A stretch of DNA of 64,000 nt from an uncultured Candidatus Saccharibacteria bacterium (lineage in GTDB: Bacteria; Patescibacteriota; Saccharimonadia; Saccharimonadales; Saccharimonadaceae): positions 114,140 to 178,139 of the forward strand of contig CALIJB010000005.1 in the NCBI GenBank assembly GCA_938017675.1, read 5' to 3'. Below, in pieces: positions 28,784-37,968 of the stretch. A model generated the notes under the pieces. The model was not told where the DNA came from. It was given only the letters and a program-made list of their open reading frames with translations, and made no database searches. The position numbers were made by a program, and so were the translations under genes. How positions within the stretch are numbered: position 1 is the stretch's first letter; each line of letters starts with the position of its first letter.

Positions 28784-29458
28784 ATGGTCCAGCAGCAAGA
28801 ACGATATACTGTGACGTCGCTTTCGCCGCAAGTTCGCGATTCGGATCGCGTCAATGTGTATATTGATGGCAAATATTATTTTAGCCTGGATATTTCGCAG
28901 GTTGTTGATCTTGGAATTAAGGCTGGCCAGGTTTTATCGAAAGAGGAGCTAGCTAGCCTCAAGCAGGAAAGCGAATTCGGCAAGCTGTATGCTCGCACTC
29001 TTGAATATGTATTGATGCGGCCGCGCAGTAGCAGTGAAGTACGCGATTACCTTTACCGTAAAACATTGGCTCGTAAATATAAAAATAGAAAAACTGGTAA
29101 GTTAGCGGAAAAGCCAGGTGTCGCTAAAACTGTGGCAGAGCGTGTTTTTGCGAAGCTGCAAGCGCGCGGTTACATTGACGATCAGAAATTTGCTAACTGG
29201 TGGGTTGAGAATCGACATCAGATTAAAGGCGTATCTATGCGAAAACTGCGTAGCGAATTGGCGGCAAAAGGTATAGCACAGACAATCATTGATTCGGTAA
29301 TCGCAGATTCGTCGCGTAATGATCCCAGCGAGCTGACTAAAGTTATTGCTAAAAAACGCTGGCGTTACTCTGATGAGCAAAAGTTCATGCAATATCTAGC
29401 GCGCCAGGGATTTAGCTTTGATGATATCAAAACCGCTTTGCGCCGAGAAGATTGCTAA
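28784..29458 (+). CDS. recX: RecX family regulatory protein
   Basis: It lies after recA, has a three-helical-repeat pattern and is about 220 aa. The ATG is 6 nt after TATAAT (28772..28777). Confidence 0.8.
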   Translation: MVQQQERYTVTSLSPQVRDSDRVNVYIDGKYYFSLDISQVVDLGIKAGQVLSKEELASLKQESEFGKLYARTLEYVLMRPRSSSEVRDYLYRKTLARKYKNRKTGKLAEKPGVAKTVAERVFAKLQARGYIDDQKFANWWVENRHQIKGVSMRKLRSELAAKGIAQTIIDSVIADSSRNDPSELTKVIAKKRWRYSDEQKFMQYLARQGFSFDDIKTALRREDC

Positions 29459-30033
29459 TCAATATCTGAATTCTGTCGAGCCTGCTTTGGTTTGCGGAAC
29501 GGATTGATATAGCTACCGACTACTTCATGGAGTTCTGGCTCGGGGGCTTTAGCTTGGGAATGAACGACAATTGAATCGTTATTGATCTCGATAATCTGGC
29601 TGCGATGTACCAAAATCTCAGTATCATTGAAACTACGCAGTAGTGGCCGCTTGACCGACAGCTGCATAATAAGAAACTGCGTGGTATCTATTGTGAAGTC
29701 GATGACTTTACCAAGTTTATGGCGTTTTTCATCAAGTACTAGTTTGCCGATGATATCAAACTTTAGCTGGTAGACGTCGTTGACGCGCACAACGTCGGCC
29801 GGAGCTATGAATTGGTCGATGTCGTCGACAATGAAGCCCATATTACTCAGTTCGCGGACATCGCTAAGCAACATCAGCGCGGGGTGTTGCTGAACTAGCG
29901 GCCCTGACACTTCGAAGGCGATAATTTGCAGATTGGCGGGATTAATGATTGCGCGGGTTGTGCGCGCTACCTTGCCGCCAGTTTGAATGCTGAATATTTC
30001 TGCATTGAGTACCGCTGAACCGAGCAAAATCAT
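29455..30033 (-). CDS. Tandem PRC-barrel-like domain protein, last gene of the pilus operon
   Basis: Two segments resemble PRC barrels (LLGSAVLNAEIFSIQTGGKVA..., IIGKLVLDEKRHKLGKVIDFTIDTTQFLIMQLSV). It starts 4 nt downstream of the preceding gene. Confidence 0.45.
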   Translation of the reverse strand: MILLGSAVLNAEIFSIQTGGKVARTTRAIINPANLQIIAFEVSGPLVQQHPALMLLSDVRELSNMGFIVDDIDQFIAPADVVRVNDVYQLKFDIIGKLVLDEKRHKLGKVIDFTIDTTQFLIMQLSVKRPLLRSFNDTEILVHRSQIIEINNDSIVVHSQAKAPEPELHEVVGSYINPFRKPKQARQNSDID

Positions 30034-30036
30034 AGA

Positions 30037-30312
30037 CTAAAACGGGTTTGTCCTATCGTTGGCTGGCGGCGGTGTGCTCGGTGCATTGCCAGCTGATTTT
30101 AGCTTGCGGATGCGTTTGATGGTAGTATCATCAAAACTAGCGGAGGTGCTAGCTTGCGGTTCTTCTGCTGGCGTAGTGAGTGTTTGGTAGAGTAGGATGG
30201 TAGCAACTGACAATCCGCCAGCAGCTAACATGAAAAACAATAAAAAGTGATACCGGCCAAAGAATTTAGCTGTCTTTGCGCCGAGAATGCGAAATGCGTC
30301 TGAGACTTCCAT
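30037..30312 (-). CDS. Small single-pass membrane protein with Pro-rich tail
   Basis: The TM helix is YHFLLFFMLAAGGLSVATILLY. It shares a 1-nt overlap with the upstream pilO-like gene. Confidence 0.45.
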   Translation of the reverse strand: MEVSDAFRILGAKTAKFFGRYHFLLFFMLAAGGLSVATILLYQTLTTPAEEPQASTSASFDDTTIKRIRKLKSAGNAPSTPPPANDRTNPF

Positions 30313-30920
30313 TATTTTGTATATACCTCCAGAGTTAGTGCGCTAACTGTGATGCCGTTGTTGTCGTCTTTGGCTAAGGCCAGGTTAGAAATTTGCATCC
30401 GGAAAAGCCCTTGTTCTAAAGAGCGCAAGAAAATGTACGCTTGCTCATAGGATACCGGATTACTCAAGTTAACAGTAGCGGTAACCGATTTGAAGCCGTC
30501 TGGCGCTGGTTTTTTAGCGTTTTTAGCAGTGCTAGACGACGATGAACTTGATGAGCTGCTGGATTTACTTTCATTTGCTGAAAAATCGATTGAAGCGATT
30601 TTAATACCAGCGCTATTTGCGTGATTTTCGATGTCGCTGACAATTTGATCTTGATAATGATATTTCTTGCTGGTCGAAACGATTTGTTCAGCGCGTTTTA
30701 CGTCGCTTTTGCTGTTGTCTAGTTTCGATTTGAGGCTTGAAAGGGCTTGTAATTCGTTGCTAGAGGCTTGTGCTTCGGTATTGAGTTTGCGGGTTTCCTC
30801 TGCATATTTAACAATCTCTTGGTGTCCGAAGACGAAACTGCCTACGCCCGCTGCCGCAATAACTAGTAGGCTGACGATAAGCAAAATGCGGAATGTAGTT
30901 GGTTTTAGAACGAATTTCAT
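30312..30920 (-). CDS. pilO: PilO-like pilus assembly protein
   Basis: It has an N-terminal TM helix, a coiled coil and a C-terminal ferredoxin-like segment, and it follows pilN. A poly-Ser linker is present. Confidence 0.6.
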   Translation of the reverse strand: MKFVLKPTTFRILLIVSLLVIAAAGVGSFVFGHQEIVKYAEETRKLNTEAQASSNELQALSSLKSKLDNSKSDVKRAEQIVSTSKKYHYQDQIVSDIENHANSAGIKIASIDFSANESKSSSSSSSSSSSTAKNAKKPAPDGFKSVTATVNLSNPVSYEQAYIFLRSLEQGLFRMQISNLALAKDDNNGITVSALTLEVYTK

Positions 30921-31483
30921 GGCAGTACCTTCTTTGAATAGATTACAGTGTAATTTGCCTGAAATGTATTGTCGCCAATTTCGTGCGTAGCGTTTGATAG
31001 GCTAACACTGTCAAAAACTTTAACTTTATTGATAGACGTCTCTTGCAAGCTATTTTTGACTTCAATGGCTTGCGCGTACGAACTGACGTGGGTTTGAATT
31101 TGCACAGAAGCGGTTCCAAAAGTCGTCGGGTCGATTGATATGCCAGTGAGCGAGGCGCCGTTTGGCAACCTCCTAGCAATCGCATTTAGAATATCAGTAT
31201 ATGGCGCTTGAGTGTCAAGAATGTATTTTGCTACCCGCAGGTTAGAGCGATACTTTTCGGCATCGCTCTTAACCGAGCTGAAGGCTGAAGATTTACTTTG
31301 ATTGTCATTTATGGTTTCTCTACTGGCAGACTGGTTGAATACTAGCATAAAATACGAGCTGATTAGCTCAACTACAATAATCACAACAACTATCAGCGAC
31401 ATGACAACATAACGCATCAAAATTGAGTTAGCCCGGGCGGCCTTAATTTGCTTGCGTTCTTCGGGTGAAAGTAGGTTGATCAT
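30917..31483 (-). CDS. pilN: PilN-like fimbrial assembly protein
   Basis: The MINLLSPEERKQ N-terminus is followed by a TM helix. It overlaps pilM by 4 nt. Confidence 0.75.
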   Translation of the reverse strand: MINLLSPEERKQIKAARANSILMRYVVMSLIVVVIIVVELISSYFMLVFNQSASRETINDNQSKSSAFSSVKSDAEKYRSNLRVAKYILDTQAPYTDILNAIARRLPNGASLTGISIDPTTFGTASVQIQTHVSSYAQAIEVKNSLQETSINKVKVFDSVSLSNATHEIGDNTFQANYTVIYSKKVLP

Positions 31484-32538
31484 TTTTTTACCTCCGATGG
31501 CCGTACGCTAGCCAGACCAGCGACGGTGATGTAACGCGGGCGAAACTGGCGGTGCGGTTTCTCAAGCGACCCGAAATCAAGATCTTGCCACGGGCTAGCG
31601 ACGCGGGCCGGTAAAATGAAAGCGTTAGTAAAGTATTCGCCGATACCTGGCATGTTTGCACCGCCGCCAACGATAAGAATTTGCTCGATTTTTTTATCCT
31701 CCGAAATACGTTCGCTGTAGTAACGGATGACCTTTTTGGCTTCTCCGACGATACGACCGAGGCTTGGTTTGAGGGCGGCTTCAATTTTGTCATGATCATC
31801 GCTTTGCCCGAGGCCGTTGAGGACTTTATACTGGTGAGCTTTTTCTAGCGACACTTGCATTTTACTAGCGATATCTAGAGTGAAGTTATTGCCGCCGACA
31901 TTAGCCGAACCGGTAATGAGAATTGCTGAATCTTCCAGGACGGCAATATCGGTACTGGTGGCGCCGACGTCGATAACTAGCGTGGTACGATTGCCTTCCT
32001 CGGTTTTGGTCAGGATGCGGGCGACCGCATTCATGCTCGGTTCAACGGCAACTGGACGCAGATCGACTTCCTTGGCAACTTGCGTAACTGTATCAACCAG
32101 CGCGCGCGGTGCGGCCGAGACGACAACCATCAGGGTCTCTTTGGTGCGCTTAATAATTTCGTAGTCAGTGTATAACGAGTCTGACGGTATTGGTATATAG
32201 CGTTCGACTTCTAGCTGGGCAGCGCTGGCAATATGCTTTTCTTCGCTTGCTGGTAGAGTAAAAGTGCGCGAATAAGTGCGGCTCGTCGGCAAGCCAATTA
32301 CTACGTGGTTAGAAGGCAGAGAGCCGATAATGCGATCTCGAAACATATTGGCTATGTGCTCGCGCAGATACTCGTGGTCGTCGGTGTCGAGCGCCTCCTG
32401 TGTCTTAACCGGGTCAAGATCGACCGAGCCGTAGCCGCGAACGTCAGCGTGTTTCTGGTTGATGGCCATGACTTTAACACCAGTATAATTGATGTCGAGT
32501 CCGATGATCGGTTTGTCTTTGAAAAATAGTTTTACCAT
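31480..32538 (-). CDS. pilM: Type IV pilus assembly protein PilM (actin-like ATPase fold)
   Basis: IIGLDINYTGVKVMAI, LVIDVGATSTDIAVL and ILIVGGGANMPGI phosphate-binding motifs are present. Confidence 0.9.
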   Translation of the reverse strand: MVKLFFKDKPIIGLDINYTGVKVMAINQKHADVRGYGSVDLDPVKTQEALDTDDHEYLREHIANMFRDRIIGSLPSNHVVIGLPTSRTYSRTFTLPASEEKHIASAAQLEVERYIPIPSDSLYTDYEIIKRTKETLMVVVSAAPRALVDTVTQVAKEVDLRPVAVEPSMNAVARILTKTEEGNRTTLVIDVGATSTDIAVLEDSAILITGSANVGGNNFTLDIASKMQVSLEKAHQYKVLNGLGQSDDHDKIEAALKPSLGRIVGEAKKVIRYYSERISEDKKIEQILIVGGGANMPGIGEYFTNAFILPARVASPWQDLDFGSLEKPHRQFRPRYITVAGLASVRPSEVKK

Positions 32539-32573
32539 GGATGCCCTTTTCTATATACAGTATAGCATAAGTT

Positions 32574-33800
32574 TTATTGTTTAATACTCGTTGATAAGCC
32601 GGCAATTGGCATCATAACGCTAGCGGCAATTAGCCCCACCATGCCGCCCATCAGCACGATCATTACCGGTTCAATAATTGAGCCGATACTATCGATGGCG
32701 ACATCAACTTCTTCTTCGTAAAAGTCGGCTACTTTGACTAGTACGACGTCGGTTTGGCCAGTTTCTTCGCCGACGGCTAGCATCTGCGAGACGATTGGCG
32801 GGAATAATCCAGTTTTTTCGATGATTGTTGATAAGTTTTTGCCGTTTTCGACTTCCTTGGCAGCTTTTAGCAGAGCTTCCTCGTAAACAACATTGCCGAC
32901 TGAATGCGAAGTGACTTCAAGCGATTCTAGAACAGCCGCGCCAGACCCCATGAGCGCCGAAAACGTACGAGCAAAGCGGGCGACAGCTACTTTCTGAATA
33001 ATGCTACTAATAGCTGGTATCTTGAGGACAAAACGGTGAAAAGTGTGTTTGCCAGCTGTAGTATTCAGCCAGCGCCGCAAGAAGTAAACGATAGCGATTA
33101 GTACTGGTATCAGCAAGTATCCTTTAGTCGTCAAAAAACCGCTAATTGACAGCATTACTTGAGTCAAAGCTGGTAGTTCGGCATCCTCGCCACCAAACCC
33201 TTTAATCATTTCGCCGATTTGCGGGATGACAAACACCATTAAAACCAAAAAGGCCATAATAGTAATAACCAGCAAAACTAACGGATAAGTCATCGCTCCT
33301 TTAATTTTTTTGCGGATGCCAGCACTTTTTTCTTGCTGAATAGCTAGACGCCTAAGGATATCGTCAAGAATACCGCCAGCTTCGCCAGCACGCACCATAT
33401 TGACATAAACATCGTTAAAAGTAGCTGGATGTTTGCTCAGGGCGTCGGCTAGCTGCATACCAGATTGAACGTCTTTAATGATGTCGCCAAGGACTGTCTT
33501 GAGGGCTGGACTATCAGTGTGATCATGTTGCGAAGAAAGTGCTCGCAGCAACGGCACGCCAGCGCTAACCATGGCGCTCATCTGGCGGGTGAACATCACG
33601 ATGTCGTCGGTTTTAACTTTTTTCTTACCACCGCCAAAACTAATACTGGCTAGTCCTTTCTTTTCAAGCGAGTCAATACTGAGCGGTGACAAGCCTTGCT
33701 TGGTTAGAGCAGATAAAGCTCCAGGTCGATCGCTAGCCTCGATGTTGCCTTGGATGACATCGCCAGACTTATTAGTTGCGACATAAGAGAAAGATGCCAT
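32574..33800 (-). CDS. pilC: Type II secretion system F family platform protein (PilC)
   Basis: Two T2SSF repeats and three TM segments are present, and the length is about 400 aa. Confidence 0.92.
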   Translation of the reverse strand: MASFSYVATNKSGDVIQGNIEASDRPGALSALTKQGLSPLSIDSLEKKGLASISFGGGKKKVKTDDIVMFTRQMSAMVSAGVPLLRALSSQHDHTDSPALKTVLGDIIKDVQSGMQLADALSKHPATFNDVYVNMVRAGEAGGILDDILRRLAIQQEKSAGIRKKIKGAMTYPLVLLVITIMAFLVLMVFVIPQIGEMIKGFGGEDAELPALTQVMLSISGFLTTKGYLLIPVLIAIVYFLRRWLNTTAGKHTFHRFVLKIPAISSIIQKVAVARFARTFSALMGSGAAVLESLEVTSHSVGNVVYEEALLKAAKEVENGKNLSTIIEKTGLFPPIVSQMLAVGEETGQTDVVLVKVADFYEEEVDVAIDSIGSIIEPVMIVLMGGMVGLIAASVMMPIAGLSTSIKQ

Positions 33801-35584
33801 TAGGATTCCCTCGTAACACGCAGCACCTCGTCGAGCGTAGTGTTGCCGCGTAATGTTTTAACTAATCCATCAGATTGCATTGTAATCATTCCCTCCTTGA
33901 TTGCTTGATCTTGAATCTGGTTGCTAGTGGCGTCGGAAGTTATCATTTTTTGAATTTCGCGCGACATGCCCAACACTTCGTAAATACCGACGCGCCCCTT
34001 GAAGCCGACGTGTCCGCACTCGTCGCAGCCGCCTGGGTGCGCTCGCCAGAGGGTGCGAATAGTAGTCTCGTCGGTGCCAGCTGGTGTGTCGCCGCCGACT
34101 TTTTGCTCGATGGCTTGTAATTCTAGATCATGAATATGTGCAAACGTTTGGTCTGGACGCAGATTGAATAGCGAGACTATTTCGTTGATTTCGTCTGGCG
34201 TCGGTACGTATTGTTCGCGGCAGTTCATGCACAGTCGTCGTACTAAGCGCTGCCCAACGACTGCTTTGACTGTTGAAGCGATCAAAAATGGCTCGATACC
34301 CATATCTAATAAACGTGGTAGACAGGTTGCCGCATTGTTGGTGTGCAAGGTTGAAAACACCAAGTGCCCAGTCAGCGCCGCCTGTACGCCTAGGTTGGCT
34401 GTCTCGCCGTCGCGAATCTCGCCGACCATGATGATGTTCGGATCTTGGCGCAGCAGTGCTCGCAACCCCGAGGCGAAAGTCATTCCAGCTTTGGCGTTGG
34501 TTTGGGTTTGGTTGACGCCGGGGATTTTGTATTCGACTGGATCCTCAATAGTCGAGATATTAACTTCCGGCGTGTTTAGCATAGATAGTACTGAAAATAA
34601 GGAAGTAGACTTGCCGCTACCAGTTGGTCCGGTTACTAGAATCATGCCGTTTGGTTCGGCAATAGCGTTATTTATGATGGCTAGCGATCTGCCCCAATAA
34701 CCAAGTTGTTGCAACGTGATTGCTTGATTGGACTCGTCGAGAATTCGCATAACGACTTTTTCGCCATCGGTGATAGGCAGAGTGCTGACGCGTAATGCAT
34801 ATTGTTTGCCGGCGACTTTAATTTTGAAGCGGCCATCTTGCGGCACTCGTCGCTCGTCGATTTTTAGATTAGATAAAATTTTGATACGGCTAACCAATGC
34901 ATTAAGGACGTTGCGCGGTAATTGGTTGACTTCTTTAAGTACGCCGTCGATGCGGTAGCGTATTTGCACGAAATTTTCCCGCGGCTCGATGTGAATATCT
35001 GAGGCCTGAGAACGGATAGCATATTCTAACAGCAAATTGACGGTTTGGGCGATTGGTGAATCCTCGGCGACATCAGCTTCGGAAACTTTCTGGTCCGAGC
35101 CGTCATCTTCACGCTGCACATCAATAACTTCATTAAGTTCTTGATTAACGTCGCCGCGATAGTTCTCTAGACACTGCAAAATATTAGAATGCGGCGCAAT
35201 ATAGATTTTAGTATTGCTACCGATTTCTTTCTCGATGAAATTAGTAGCCAGCACATCATCTGGATCGTCCATCGCCAAGTGCATGGTGCCGTCTTCGTCA
35301 ATTTGAAAAATAACAGCATTGTATTGGCGGGCGATACGCTCTGGAATGCGATTAAGCACTTCTGTTGGAATGTTGCGCGGATCGACCTCAACATAAGGTA
35401 TGTCGGTGTATTGTGCAAAAAGCTTTGTTAAATCAGTTTCAGATATTAGTTTCGAATCTAGCACAATATTTTGCAGCGGTCGCGAAGAACGTTCTGCCTC
35501 TTCTATTAGCGGCTTGAGAGTTTCTTCGGTCGCAATATTATTACGCGTCAGAATCTTGACTAGAGTATTATTTAGGATCCTCAT
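33800..35584 (-). CDS. pilB: GspE/PilB-family type IV pilus assembly ATPase
   Basis: It has an N-terminal GSPII_E_N-like domain, Walker A GPTGSGKST, Asp and His boxes, and a tetracysteine motif (CMNC ... CDECGHVG). Confidence 0.95.
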   Translation of the reverse strand: MRILNNTLVKILTRNNIATEETLKPLIEEAERSSRPLQNIVLDSKLISETDLTKLFAQYTDIPYVEVDPRNIPTEVLNRIPERIARQYNAVIFQIDEDGTMHLAMDDPDDVLATNFIEKEIGSNTKIYIAPHSNILQCLENYRGDVNQELNEVIDVQREDDGSDQKVSEADVAEDSPIAQTVNLLLEYAIRSQASDIHIEPRENFVQIRYRIDGVLKEVNQLPRNVLNALVSRIKILSNLKIDERRVPQDGRFKIKVAGKQYALRVSTLPITDGEKVVMRILDESNQAITLQQLGYWGRSLAIINNAIAEPNGMILVTGPTGSGKSTSLFSVLSMLNTPEVNISTIEDPVEYKIPGVNQTQTNAKAGMTFASGLRALLRQDPNIIMVGEIRDGETANLGVQAALTGHLVFSTLHTNNAATCLPRLLDMGIEPFLIASTVKAVVGQRLVRRLCMNCREQYVPTPDEINEIVSLFNLRPDQTFAHIHDLELQAIEQKVGGDTPAGTDETTIRTLWRAHPGGCDECGHVGFKGRVGIYEVLGMSREIQKMITSDATSNQIQDQAIKEGMITMQSDGLVKTLRGNTTLDEVLRVTRES

Positions 35585-35680
35585 AATTCTTATGCTAATT
35601 GTAGCGCATTTTATTTGGAAAAGCTATCATTGCAGCGCGGATTGGTAAAGGACGGGTGAATCAAGTATAATAACAGAGAT

Positions 35681-37519
35681 ATGAAGCGAACTTTGAATAC
35701 ACAGACGGCGCAACTCGCCGGCGAAAAAATTTCAGTTAGCGGCTGGGTACACTCGCGCCGCGATCACGGCGGGTTAATTTTTGTTGATTTGCGTGATCAT
35801 ACAGGTTTATTGCAACTAGTTTTTAATTCCGATGATCCGGAAATGTTTTCACTTGCTGAGGAGCTGCGCGACGAATTTGTCATTCGCGCTGAAGGCATGG
35901 TGCGCGAACGCGCGGCTGGGCTAAAGAATGATAAAATTCCGACTGGCGCAGTTGAATTGGTGGTCGAGAGGTTGACGTTACTTAACCGAGCCGAAACCTT
36001 GCCAATCCAGCCATTTGCTGAGGAAAATCAGGCAGGCGAGGACTTGCGTTTTAAGTATCGTTACCTCGACCTGCGCCGTCCAAAGATGCAGGAGATGCTG
36101 CAAAAACGCGCTGAGATGTACCGACGGATGCATCAGTATATGGATACTCGGGACTTCATCGAGATTCAGACGCCGATTTTGGCAAATTCCAGTCCCGAGG
36201 GCGCGCGTGATTTCCTGATCCCGAGCCGTTTGCAGGAAAATAAGTTTTACGCTCTGCCGCAGGCACCCCAGCAGTTCAAGCAGCTGCTGATGGTTGGTGG
36301 TGTGCCGCGGTATTACCAGCTGGCGGCGTGTTTTCGCGATGAAGATCCGCGAGCCGATCGACTGTACGGCGAGTTTTACCAGCTGGATCTGGAGATGAGC
36401 TTTGTTGAAGACGGTGAGGAAGTTCGCCAAGAAGTTGAGCCGTTGATGCAGCAACTCGCGACTGATTTTGCGGGCAAGAAATTGCTGGATTTGAGTAGTC
36501 TCGCGGTTGGTGACGGCAGTCCAATTCCGCGCATTTCCTATCGCGACGCCATGGAGACGTATGGCTCGGACAAGCCGGACTTGCGCTTTGGTATGGAGCT
36601 GATTGAGCTGACTGATGTGTTTGCCAACACTAAATATGATAAATTCAAGAACGTTGAGTGTATCAAGGCGATTTGCGTGAAAAACGGTGTCAATCTCAGC
36701 CGTAAGCAAATCAAACAGTTTGAGGATATTGCTACAAGTGAGGGTGCGGGCGGCTTACCCTACATTAAATATGTTAAAATAAAACATCCCGACGAGGCAC
36801 GGGGATATGTAATCCCGATCACTAGTAGTGATTTTTATGGCTATGATGCGATTTCGCCAGTGGCAAAACACTTGTCAGACGAAGAACATCAATTGCTTAT
36901 AGAGAAAATGAACCCTGATGGCGATGACGTTGTCTTCTTTGGTACTGACACACGCTCGGTCGTCAACGCCGTACTTGGTCGTCTGCGAAACGAATTTGCT
37001 GCCCACTTCGACCTGAAAAAATCGAATGAGGTAGCCTTGGCTTGGATTATCGACTTTCCGTTCTATGAATGGGATGACCGCGGCAAGAAGCTTGACTTTG
37101 GCCACAATCCGTTCAGCATGCCAAAAGGTGGCTTGCAAGCCTTGGAAGCTGCTGCCACTGATGCTGATAAATTGGCAATTGTCGCTGATCAATTCGACAT
37201 GGTGATGAACGGTTACGAAATTTGTTCTGGCGGTGTGCGTAACCACAACCCAGCGGTGCTATACAAAGTATTCGATTTGCTCGGCTTTAGCGAAAGCTAC
37301 GTCGAAGAAAAGTTTGGCGCTATGCTAGGCGCCTTCAAATACGGTGCACCGCCACACGCTGGCTGTGCCTTTGGTGTTGACCGTATCCTCATGGAGCTCA
37401 TCGACGAAACGAACGTCCGCGAAACCTTGGCCTTTCCAAAGAACGGCTCGGGCGTCGACGTGATGATGGATTCACCGTCAACGGTTGACCCAGCGCAGCT
37501 AAAGGAATTGGGATTATGA
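35681..37519 (+). CDS. aspS: Aspartate--tRNA ligase (bacterial type with GAD insertion)
   Basis: It has an OB-fold N-terminus and class II motifs (FRDEDPRADR, GGVRNH, GCAFGVDR). The length is 612 aa. Confidence 0.97.
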   Translation: MKRTLNTQTAQLAGEKISVSGWVHSRRDHGGLIFVDLRDHTGLLQLVFNSDDPEMFSLAEELRDEFVIRAEGMVRERAAGLKNDKIPTGAVELVVERLTLLNRAETLPIQPFAEENQAGEDLRFKYRYLDLRRPKMQEMLQKRAEMYRRMHQYMDTRDFIEIQTPILANSSPEGARDFLIPSRLQENKFYALPQAPQQFKQLLMVGGVPRYYQLAACFRDEDPRADRLYGEFYQLDLEMSFVEDGEEVRQEVEPLMQQLATDFAGKKLLDLSSLAVGDGSPIPRISYRDAMETYGSDKPDLRFGMELIELTDVFANTKYDKFKNVECIKAICVKNGVNLSRKQIKQFEDIATSEGAGGLPYIKYVKIKHPDEARGYVIPITSSDFYGYDAISPVAKHLSDEEHQLLIEKMNPDGDDVVFFGTDTRSVVNAVLGRLRNEFAAHFDLKKSNEVALAWIIDFPFYEWDDRGKKLDFGHNPFSMPKGGLQALEAAATDADKLAIVADQFDMVMNGYEICSGGVRNHNPAVLYKVFDLLGFSESYVEEKFGAMLGAFKYGAPPHAGCAFGVDRILMELIDETNVRETLAFPKNGSGVDVMMDSPSTVDPAQLKELGL

Positions 37520-37935
37520 GCGCAATGTACGATCGACACGAAGTTAGCGTAAAAGTAGCGCTGTATAGCAGCGACGGCAAGCGTGTGCTACTGATGTATT
37601 ATCCGCACGATGATGGCTTTGGCTTGCCGGGCGGACATATTGACGCTGGCGAAACGCCTGACGTGGCACTAGAGCGAGAGCTGCGCGAGGAGCTGGGTAT
37701 CGCAATTGATGCGACACCGGCTGATTTCTATATGCGCTATCCGCGAGGTAGTGCCGTCAAAGATCATAAAATTATTCTTGGCTACACGGCCATGGTTGAC
37801 GGTAACATCGAAATACCGGACCGAGCGTGTGATGGCGGCGAGGAGCGCCCGATTTGGCTCGCTCAAGCAGAGATTGAAACTACTGACAAACTCGCGCCGG
37901 GTTATCGGGATTTTGTTCTGAGATGGTGGCCGTAA
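37516..37935 (+). CDS. NUDIX hydrolase
   Basis: The Nudix box GGHIDAGETPDVALERELREELG is present. It shares an ATGA overlap with aspS. Confidence 0.9.
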   Translation: MSAMYDRHEVSVKVALYSSDGKRVLLMYYPHDDGFGLPGGHIDAGETPDVALERELREELGIAIDATPADFYMRYPRGSAVKDHKIILGYTAMVDGNIEIPDRACDGGEERPIWLAQAEIETTDKLAPGYRDFVLRWWP

Positions 37936-37968
37936 GAAGCGTAATGTCTGAGGAGGTGCAAGCAGGCT

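Noticed and set aside
30520-30570. Poly-serine tract in the PilO-like gene as a slippage-prone microsatellite
   Set aside because: The serine run uses mixed codons (AGC, TCA, TCG and others), so it is not a pure nucleotide repeat.
34164-34700. 178-aa ORF antisense to pilB, with similar antisense ORFs at 16347..16814 and 23205..23612
   Set aside because: All are embedded in strongly supported genes (pilB, dnaJ, PBP) and lack motifs or ribosome-binding sites.
35978-36709. 243-aa ORF antisense to aspS
   Set aside because: It lies entirely inside a well-supported aspS gene on the opposite strand. It is Arg/Leu/Gln-rich with no motif or RBS, which is typical of a shadow ORF.
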